From contig JBJOIT010000007.1 in assembly GCA_046046915.1 (NCBI GenBank), forward strand, positions 2,214-66,213: a stretch of DNA of 64,000 nt. The letters run 5' to 3'. The notes under the pieces were generated by a model. That model was not told the origin of the DNA and ran no database searches. It saw only the letters and a list, made by a program, of their open reading frames with translations. The translations under genes were made by a program, and so were the position numbers. Origin of the DNA: Pseudomonadota bacterium (GTDB lineage: Bacteria > Pseudomonadota > Gammaproteobacteria > Burkholderiales > Burkholderiaceae_C). Of this stretch, positions 8,121-16,805 are shown piece by piece (positions within the stretch are counted from its first letter, which is position 1; every line of letters starts with the position of its first letter).

Positions 8121-9029
8121 TCACCCCCGGCGTTGGCTGAGCAGCGCCCGGGCCACGCGCGACTGCGTGTCACGCCCCAGTGCCTGGCTGATGAACTGGC
8201 CGGCGTCCACCAGCCGATTCAGGTCGATGCCAGTGTCTATGCCCATGCCGTGCAGCATGTAGACCACGTCCTCGGTGGCCACATTGCCGGTGGCGCCCTT
8301 GGCGTACGGGCACCCGCCCAAACCCGCTACCGACGCATCAAACTGCCACACGCCCATCTGCAAGGCCACCAGGGTGTTGGCCAGCGCCTGGCCATAGGTG
8401 TCGTGAAAATGACCACTCACCTCGTCCACCCCGTAGTGCTTCAGGGTGGCCTCGATGGCACGCTGTACCTTGAGCGGCGTGCCCACACCGATGGTGTCTG
8501 CCACCCCAACATGCTGCACGCCGATGTCTTTCATCATGCCGGCCAACTGCGTCACCCGCTCAGGCGACACCTCGCCTTCATAAGGGCAGCCCACCGTGCA
8601 GCTCATGGCCCCGCGCACAGCAATACCCGCCGCTCGCGCGGCAGCCACCACCGGCGCAAACCGCTCGATGCTTTGCGCCATGCTGCAGTTGATGTTCTTC
8701 TGGCTAAAGGCCTCACTGGCAGCGCCAAACACCACGATTTCATCGGGTCGCGTGGCCAGCGCCGCCTCAAAACCCTGCAGGTTGGGCGTCAACACCGAGT
8801 AGCGCACGCCAGACCGACGCTCAATGCCCGCCATAACCTGGGCGTTGTCGGCCATTTGCGGCACCCACTTGGGGCTCACAAAGCTGGTGACTTCAATGTC
8901 TGTGAGACCGGCATCCTGCAAGCGATGCACCAGCTCCACCTTGACGTGAGTGGGCACTGGCTGCTTTTCATTTTGCAAGCCGTCCCTTGGCCCCACGTCC
9001 ACCAACCTGACCCGCCCCGGCAAGCTCAT
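8121..9029 (-). CDS. liuE: Hydroxymethylglutaryl-CoA lyase
   Basis: VRLVDVGPRDGLQNE, EVTSFVSPKWVPQMAD and LGGCPYAKGATGNVATED are hallmark HMGL motifs. 302 aa. Confidence 0.93.
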   Translation of the reverse strand: MSLPGRVRLVDVGPRDGLQNEKQPVPTHVKVELVHRLQDAGLTDIEVTSFVSPKWVPQMADNAQVMAGIERRSGVRYSVLTPNLQGFEAALATRPDEIVVFGAASEAFSQKNINCSMAQSIERFAPVVAAARAAGIAVRGAMSCTVGCPYEGEVSPERVTQLAGMMKDIGVQHVGVADTIGVGTPLKVQRAIEATLKHYGVDEVSGHFHDTYGQALANTLVALQMGVWQFDASVAGLGGCPYAKGATGNVATEDVVYMLHGMGIDTGIDLNRLVDAGQFISQALGRDTQSRVARALLSQRRG

Positions 9030-9176
9030 GACACACCTCGATGCAACTAAATTTGATTCTCAAAGTGTAGCGATGCCCTCGTACGGATCTGCTCTACCCC
9101 CCTGGACCAGACGAATGTCAGATTGCTTTAGGCTGCGTCGGTTAAGGTGTTAAGACAAAGAAATTGGAGACACAAC

Positions 9177-9941
9177 ATGAAGCTGGCTCTCTTGTCAGAC
9201 ATCCACGCCAACAGCCATGCACTGGAGGCTTGCCTGGCGCATGCGAGTGCGGCTGGTGCCCAAAAGATTGCCTTGCTGGGTGACCTGGTGGGTTATGGCG
9301 GCGAGCCCGCCAAAGTCGTGCAACGCGTGATGGGTCTGGCTGAGCAGGGCGCCATCGTGTTGCAGGGCAACCATGACGCGCTGGCCGTGTCACCTCCTGA
9401 CAAGATCACCCATAGGGGCGACGAGGGCGCACAGTGGACGCACGATCAGCTCAGCCCGCAAGAGCGTCAATTTCTGGCGCAGTTACCGCTGACGCACCTG
9501 GATCAGACCGTGCTGCTGGTTCATGCCAGCGTCGACGCCCCGGCGCAATGGCGCTATGTGGACAACGAACGCGCCGCCAGCGCCAGCCTGGACGCTGCCG
9601 TGGGCACGCCCTACGGACATCCCAATGTGCGCCATGTGTTTGGGGGGCATGTGCACCACCAGACCCTGTATTACAGAGGTACAGGACGTAACCTCATGCC
9701 CTTTGCACCGACGCCCGGCGTGCCGGTCCCCACCCCGCGCCACCGCAGCTGGATTGCCACTGTGGGCTCGGTGGGCCAGCCCCGAGACGGACGCACCGGT
9801 GCCATGTACGCCTTGTTTGACACGACGGCCATGCAGCTCACGTTTCACCGCGTGGAGTACAACCACAACGCAGCAGCGGCCTGCATACGTGCAGCCGGCA
9901 TGCCTGAACACTTTGCCCAACGATTGGAAGGCGGACGATGA
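9177..9941 (+). CDS. Metallophosphoesterase family protein (PPP/ApaH-like phosphatase)
   Basis: Calcineurin-like motifs: LLSDIHAN, LLGDLVGYG, LQGNHD. GGAG RBS 7 nt before ATG 9177. The stop overlaps the kinase start (ATGA at 9938-9941). Confidence 0.85.
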   Translation: MKLALLSDIHANSHALEACLAHASAAGAQKIALLGDLVGYGGEPAKVVQRVMGLAEQGAIVLQGNHDALAVSPPDKITHRGDEGAQWTHDQLSPQERQFLAQLPLTHLDQTVLLVHASVDAPAQWRYVDNERAASASLDAAVGTPYGHPNVRHVFGGHVHHQTLYYRGTGRNLMPFAPTPGVPVPTPRHRSWIATVGSVGQPRDGRTGAMYALFDTTAMQLTFHRVEYNHNAAAACIRAAGMPEHFAQRLEGGR

Positions 9942-11380
9942 AACAGATCGAATCAGGCCGCGAGATTGACGGCTTCCTGGTGGAGGATTGCATCCACAGC
10001 GGGGGCATGGCCCTGATTTACCGGGTGCGTTACGCCGGCGGGCGTGAGCCCAATTTTGAGATGGTCATGAAGGTGCCGCGCATGACCGCAGGCGACGGTG
10101 CAGAAAACATCGTCAGCTTTGAGGTTGAGCACCAGATGATGCAGGTACTGCACGGCCCGTACGTCCCCCGACTGGTGGCAGCAGGCGACCTGGACGTCGT
10201 GCCCTATCTGGTAATGGAGTACGTGCGCGGCAACACCGTGGAGCACTGGGTGCCGCAGCCTGGGGAGCCCGGCGCGGAGGTCGCCACCATCGTCAAGTTG
10301 GGCACTGCTGTGGCCACCGCCTTGCACAGCATGCACAAGCAAAACGCGGTGCACCTGGACCTCAAACCTGCCAATGTGTTGATCCGCGAAGATGGCAGCG
10401 CCATGCTGCTGGACTTCGGCCTGAGCTTTCATGCCCACTACCCCGACCTTCTGGCCGAAGAGCTGCGTAAAGCGGTGGGCTCTGCCATTTACATGGCGCC
10501 CGAGCAGGTGGTGGGCATCCGCGGCGATCCACGCAGCGACATTTTTGCCCTGGGCGTGATGCTTTACGAGCTGGCCACAGGCGAGCTGCCCTTTGGCAAC
10601 CCGCACACCAGCGGCGGACTGCGCCAGCGCCTTTGGATGGATCCATCCCCGCCGCGCAAGCTGCGCCCTGATCTCCCCGAATGGCTGCAAGAGGTGATCT
10701 TGCGCTGTCTGGAGCCGGTCGCAGATCAACGCTACCCGTCTGCGGCCCACCTGGCCTTCGATTTGATGCACCCCGAGCAAGTTGAAGTCACCGCGCGCGG
10801 ACGCAACGTGGTTGGCACCGGCTTCAGAACGCACTTCAAACGCTGGATCAAAGCGGCGGGCATGCAGTACAAGCCCAGCCAGTTGCCAACTCGTCAGATC
10901 GATGAGGTACCCATCATCATGGTGGCGGTTCCCCACCATGACGTGACAGATGCCACGCTGTATTCACTAAGACAGGCGGTGGATCGATCACTGGGGCTGC
11001 GCCCGGGTGCACGGCTGGCCTGCGTCACCGTGGTGAGCCCAAACGCCACCGGCGCTTCCAGTGACGACACCAGTGAAACGACCGTGCACCGTGCCATGCT
11101 GGCCATGCTCAGGCAGTGGACCCAGGGCTTGAACCTCACCGGCCACCAGACCTCCCACCACGTGCTGGAATCTGGCGACGTAGCCCAGGCCCTGCTGCGC
11201 TACGCCGAGGGCAACAACGTCACCATGATCGTGATCGGCGCCGCCACGCACGGCCTGCAGATGCAGCGCTTTGTGGCCACCGTGCCCATCAAGGTGGCCA
11301 TGGAAGCACCCTGCACCGTGATCCTGGTCAAGCAAAGTTTGCCCTTTGCACAGTTGGGGCAAGCGGCGCAAGAAGGCTGA
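9938..11380 (+). CDS. Hanks-type Ser/Thr protein kinase fused to a C-terminal universal stress protein (USP)-like domain
   Basis: Kinase motifs: VMKVP (catalytic Lys region), HLDLKPANVL, LLDFGLS, YMAPEQ. The C-terminal region of about 150 aa (IIMVAVPHH..., VTMIVIGAATHG..., CTVILVK) is USP-like. No TM segment. Confidence 0.85.
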   Translation: MKQIESGREIDGFLVEDCIHSGGMALIYRVRYAGGREPNFEMVMKVPRMTAGDGAENIVSFEVEHQMMQVLHGPYVPRLVAAGDLDVVPYLVMEYVRGNTVEHWVPQPGEPGAEVATIVKLGTAVATALHSMHKQNAVHLDLKPANVLIREDGSAMLLDFGLSFHAHYPDLLAEELRKAVGSAIYMAPEQVVGIRGDPRSDIFALGVMLYELATGELPFGNPHTSGGLRQRLWMDPSPPRKLRPDLPEWLQEVILRCLEPVADQRYPSAAHLAFDLMHPEQVEVTARGRNVVGTGFRTHFKRWIKAAGMQYKPSQLPTRQIDEVPIIMVAVPHHDVTDATLYSLRQAVDRSLGLRPGARLACVTVVSPNATGASSDDTSETTVHRAMLAMLRQWTQGLNLTGHQTSHHVLESGDVAQALLRYAEGNNVTMIVIGAATHGLQMQRFVATVPIKVAMEAPCTVILVKQSLPFAQLGQAAQEG

Positions 11381-11387
11381 AGCTGCC

Positions 11388-12308
11388 TCAATACCCCCGC
11401 TTCACATCCACCCGCCCCGCCACGGCCTCGCCGCGTTGCAGGGCGAAAATTTTGCGCACGATCTGATCGATGCTTTGCTCGCGCAAGGTGCGGGCAGAAG
11501 TATGGGGCGTGACTGTGATGGCTGGGTGCCGCCAAAAGGCGTGATCTGGCGGCAGGGGCTCGGTGCGAAACACATCCAGCGTGGCCCCGGCGATGTGGCC
11601 GCTGTCCATCAGCGCCAGCAAATCATCGTCCACCAAATGGGCGCCTCGCGCCACGTTGATCACGTAAGCACTTGGGCGCAGCCGCGACAGGGTGCTGTGG
11701 TTCATGATGTCCCGCGTCTCGGGCGTGAGGGGCAGCAAATTGACCAGCACGCGCGTTCCCGCCAAAAAGTCCTGGAACTCGCTCGCACCGCTGTAGCTTT
11801 GCACACCAGCCAGGTGTTTGGGTGTGCGGCTCCAGCCCAGCACCGGGAATTCGAACCCCCCCAGGGCCTGGGCCACACGGCTGCCCAGGACGCCCAGGCC
11901 CATCACGCCCACGGGGAAATCATGGCGGCTGGGGGCGGGGCGCTTTTCCCACTGCGCTGAGGCCTGCGCCAGATCGTCACGGTCAAACTCACGAAAGTGC
12001 CGAATCACAGCATGGCACACATATTCGGCCATCTGCACCGCCATGCCGGCATCGTCCAGGCGTATCACCGGCAAGTGAGCCGGCCAGTGCAGCTTGACCA
12101 ACGCGTCCACGCCGGCACCGATGTTGAAGACGGCCTTGAGCTGGTGCTGCTCGTCAATAAAGGTTTGCGGTGGCGCCCAGACAACAGCGTAATCTGCCAG
12201 CGGCGCACCGGGTGACCACAGTTCCACCTCAGCGCCAGGCAAAGCCGCACTCAAGCCTTCCAGCCAGGGTCCAGGCGCTGTATCAGCGCAACAAAAGGTG
12301 ATCTTCAT
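11388..12308 (-). CDS. D-isomer-specific 2-hydroxyacid dehydrogenase (GhrA-like glyoxylate/hydroxypyruvate reductase)
   Basis: NAD-binding block VGVMGLGVLG, INVARG, and the catalytic end LDVF..EPLP...HP..TVTPH. The start overlaps the liuD stop (TGATG at 12306-12310). Confidence 0.8.
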   Translation of the reverse strand: MKITFCCADTAPGPWLEGLSAALPGAEVELWSPGAPLADYAVVWAPPQTFIDEQHQLKAVFNIGAGVDALVKLHWPAHLPVIRLDDAGMAVQMAEYVCHAVIRHFREFDRDDLAQASAQWEKRPAPSRHDFPVGVMGLGVLGSRVAQALGGFEFPVLGWSRTPKHLAGVQSYSGASEFQDFLAGTRVLVNLLPLTPETRDIMNHSTLSRLRPSAYVINVARGAHLVDDDLLALMDSGHIAGATLDVFRTEPLPPDHAFWRHPAITVTPHTSARTLREQSIDQIVRKIFALQRGEAVAGRVDVKRGY

Positions 12309-14308
12309 CAGGCCAGGCGCAGCAGCTCGGCGCCCTCAGCCACCTGGTCACCAGGGGCAAACAGCAGCTCGGCCACACAACCGTCAGTTGGGGCAGCGAT
12401 GGTGTGCTCCATCTTCATCGCTTCCATGATGGCCAGGGCCTGCCCTTTTTTGACCAAATCACCCGCTTGCACGGCAAACGACACCACCTTGCCAGGCATG
12501 GGGGCGGTGAGACGTCCGCCCTCTTGCTCGCTGTCCCCGGCATGGGCCAGCAGATCGACCAGGGTGATCTGGGTCGCGCCATACGCCGTGTGCACCTGCA
12601 TGACGTCGCCCCAGCGGTGCACCTGCGCCACCACCCGTTGGCCGCCAAACTGCACCACCATGCCCTGGGACCCCAACGCATACGACAAGGCGCCACTGCT
12701 CGACCCAATGGCCAGCTGCAAGGCCCCATCGTGCAAATAGGTCAGCACGGCTTGCGTTTGCTCGCCGGCATATTCAAAGGCAAAGCGGCGCTGGGTTAGA
12801 CCATGGCTGCGCCAGCCGTCCGTGCGGCTGTAGGGGTCTGCGCCCTGCCCTGCCCGTTCGGCCAGCAAAACATGGGACACAGCAGCGGCAGCGGCAAGTG
12901 GCAGGCCCACACGCTCCTGACCAAACAGCACGGCGGCCTCGCGCGGGATCAGGCCCGTGTCCAGCTCGGCCTGGCTGAAGGACGGGCTTTGCACCACATG
13001 GCGCAAAAACTGCACGTTATTGGCCACGCCGACTATGTGCGTCTGCGCCAGTGCTTCGTCCAGCCGCGCCAGTGCCTGCTCGCGGTTGTCGCCATGCACG
13101 ATGAGCTTGGCGATCATGGCGTCGTAATACGGGCTGATGCTGTCGCCCTGCGCCACGCCAGCGTCCACCCGCACCGGCCCACGCTCGAACGCCGTGCTGG
13201 CTGGCTGGCGGTACACCTGCAAGGTGCCGGTAGCGGGTAGAAACTGTTTGTCGGGGTTTTCAGCGCAGATGCGGGCCTCGATGGCATGGCCGTGCATGTG
13301 GATCTGGTCCTGCGCCAGAGGCAAGGGCTCCCCCGCCGCCACGCGAAATTGCCATTCAACCAGATCCAGACCCGTAATCGCCTCCGTCACCGGGTGCTCG
13401 ACCTGAAGCCGCGTGTTCATTTCCATAAACCAGAAATTCGAACCAGCATCGCCAAGACCCGCAGGCCCCGCCTGAACGATAAATTCCACCGTACCGGCGC
13501 CCACGTAGTTCACGGCACGGGCGGCGGCAATGGCGGCGGCGCCCATTTGCTGGCGCATGGCATCAACAATGCCTGGGGCAGGGGCTTCTTCCAGCACTTT
13601 CTGGTGGCGGCGCTGTACCGAGCAGTCGCGCTCAAAGAGGTGCACGTAGTTGCCATGCGTGTCGCCAAACACTTGAATCTCGATATGGCGCGGGCGCTGC
13701 ACGTATTTTTCGATCAGCACCGCGTCGTCGCCAAAACTGTTGATGGCCTCGCGCTGGCAACTGGCCAGTGCTGCGGCAAAGTCTGCCGAGGCCTCCACCA
13801 CCCGCATGCCCTTGCCGCCGCCGCCGGCACTGGCCTTGATCAACACTGGGTAGCCAATGCGGTCGGCCGCGGTTTGTAGCAGGGTTGGGTCCTGATCGGC
13901 ACCGTGGTAGCCGGGCACCAGCGGCACGCCAGCTTTTTCCATCAACTGCTTGGACTCGGCCTTCAGGCCCATGGCTTTGATGGCCGATGGCGTGGGGCCT
14001 ATGAACACCAGCCCGGCGTCTGCACATGCCTGGGCAAAGGCCTCGTTCTCGCTCAAAAACCCGTAACCCGGGTGGATGGCCTGGGCGCCCGTGTCCAGCG
14101 CCGCCTGAAGGATGGCCTCCCAGCGCAAATAGCTGTCTTTGGGTGCACTTGATCCGATGTGTACTGCCTCATCGCAGGCTGCCACATGCCTGGCCTGGGC
14201 ATCCGCATCTGAATAGACGGCAACTGTCTTGATGGCCAGACGCCGGGCCGTAGCCGCCACGCGGCACGCGATTTCGCCACGGTTGGCGATCAGGATTTTG
14301 TTGAACAT
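12308..14308 (-). CDS. liuD: Methylcrotonyl-CoA carboxylase alpha subunit (biotin carboxylase + BCCP)
   Basis: N-terminal MFNKILIANRGEIACRV, an ATP-grasp region, and a C-terminal biotinylation motif EAMKMEH. Lies immediately downstream of the carboxyltransferase subunit. Confidence 0.92.
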   Translation of the reverse strand: MFNKILIANRGEIACRVAATARRLAIKTVAVYSDADAQARHVAACDEAVHIGSSAPKDSYLRWEAILQAALDTGAQAIHPGYGFLSENEAFAQACADAGLVFIGPTPSAIKAMGLKAESKQLMEKAGVPLVPGYHGADQDPTLLQTAADRIGYPVLIKASAGGGGKGMRVVEASADFAAALASCQREAINSFGDDAVLIEKYVQRPRHIEIQVFGDTHGNYVHLFERDCSVQRRHQKVLEEAPAPGIVDAMRQQMGAAAIAAARAVNYVGAGTVEFIVQAGPAGLGDAGSNFWFMEMNTRLQVEHPVTEAITGLDLVEWQFRVAAGEPLPLAQDQIHMHGHAIEARICAENPDKQFLPATGTLQVYRQPASTAFERGPVRVDAGVAQGDSISPYYDAMIAKLIVHGDNREQALARLDEALAQTHIVGVANNVQFLRHVVQSPSFSQAELDTGLIPREAAVLFGQERVGLPLAAAAAVSHVLLAERAGQGADPYSRTDGWRSHGLTQRRFAFEYAGEQTQAVLTYLHDGALQLAIGSSSGALSYALGSQGMVVQFGGQRVVAQVHRWGDVMQVHTAYGATQITLVDLLAHAGDSEQEGGRLTAPMPGKVVSFAVQAGDLVKKGQALAIMEAMKMEHTIAAPTDGCVAELLFAPGDQVAEGAELLRLA

Positions 14309-14322
14309 CGCTAGGACCTCTA

Positions 14323-15945
<1,623 letters not shown>

Positions 15946-15976
15946 CTTGGTGCTCTCTTTGGGTGATCTAAACCAG

Positions 15977-16000
15977 ATTGACGTTTACGTAAACGTCAAT
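15977..16000. promoter_or_regulatory. Putative LiuR (MerR-family) operator: perfect 24-bp palindrome ATTGACGTTTACGTAAACGTCAAT
   Basis: The palindrome is perfect and lies 31 nt upstream of the liuB ATG. Its 22-bp core recurs exactly at 31366-31387, next to liuR. Each half contains the -35-like hexamer TTGACG. Confidence 0.75.
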
Positions 16001-16011
16001 TGTGTCACGCT

Positions 16012-16677
16012 TTATGCACGCAGCAACGGGGGCAGATGAGCCATGTCGGTGAAGACGTGATGAGCCCCCGCCGCGCGCAAGTCTGCCGCGCTGAAGTGGC
16101 CGGTCGTCGCAGGCGAGTAGGCAAACACCGTGGCGCCTGCCGCCACGCCAGCACGTATGCCCGTGGGCGTGTCTTCCACCACAGCGCAACGCTTGGGGTC
16201 GGCCAAAAGTGCCTGGGCCGCGGCGAGATAAACATCGGGATACGGCTTGCTGCGCGGCATGTCATGCCCACTGAAAATACGTCCTTCAAAGTAATTGAGC
16301 ATGTCGAGCTTGCGCAGCATCAGTTCCACCTTGAAGCGATCAGCACCCGAGGCGCAAGCAATCTGCCCGCCATGTGCAGCATGTATGTCGTGCACCGCCG
16401 CCTGAATGTTGGGGATGGCCTGGACCCGGTGTGTGAGGGCATCGTTGCGCAAATCACGAAACCGGGCCAGCCAGTCTTCGGTAAGCGGCTTGCCCGTGCG
16501 TCGCTCGATCAGTGCAGCTTCATCGCGCACCGCCTTGCCCACAAAAATCTGCATGCATTCGGCCATGCTGAGCTGCCAGCCGTCTGCGATCAGCATGTCG
16601 CGCAGCACCGCGTTGGTGATGGATTCGCTGTCTGCCAGCACACCGTCGCAATCAAAAAGAATCGCCTGAAATGACAT
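16012..16677 (-). CDS. HAD-superfamily hydrolase (beta-phosphoglucomutase/phosphatase-like, subfamily IA)
   Basis: Motif I FDCDGVLADSE, motif II ASGA, and the motif III/IV region KP.PDVY ... VEDTPTGIRAG. Confidence 0.8.
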   Translation of the reverse strand: MSFQAILFDCDGVLADSESITNAVLRDMLIADGWQLSMAECMQIFVGKAVRDEAALIERRTGKPLTEDWLARFRDLRNDALTHRVQAIPNIQAAVHDIHAAHGGQIACASGADRFKVELMLRKLDMLNYFEGRIFSGHDMPRSKPYPDVYLAAAQALLADPKRCAVVEDTPTGIRAGVAAGATVFAYSPATTGHFSAADLRAAGAHHVFTDMAHLPPLLRA

Positions 16678-16805
16678 GGATCAAGAACTTGTGGTTAATT
16701 TGATCAGGCGAGCTTAGCAGCGCCTGCCTGCCACCCCTCAGGCAAGAAAGTGGATCCATGCAGGCATTAAAGTTGCCGCATTCGCCACCGTTACCGAAAG
16801 CCCCC

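Noticed and set aside
7683-9050. 455-aa plus-strand ORF antisense to the ybaK-like gene and liuE.
   Set aside because: It is antisense to two strongly motif-supported genes. The sequence is Arg/His/Gly-rich with no domain signature, which is a typical high-GC shadow ORF.
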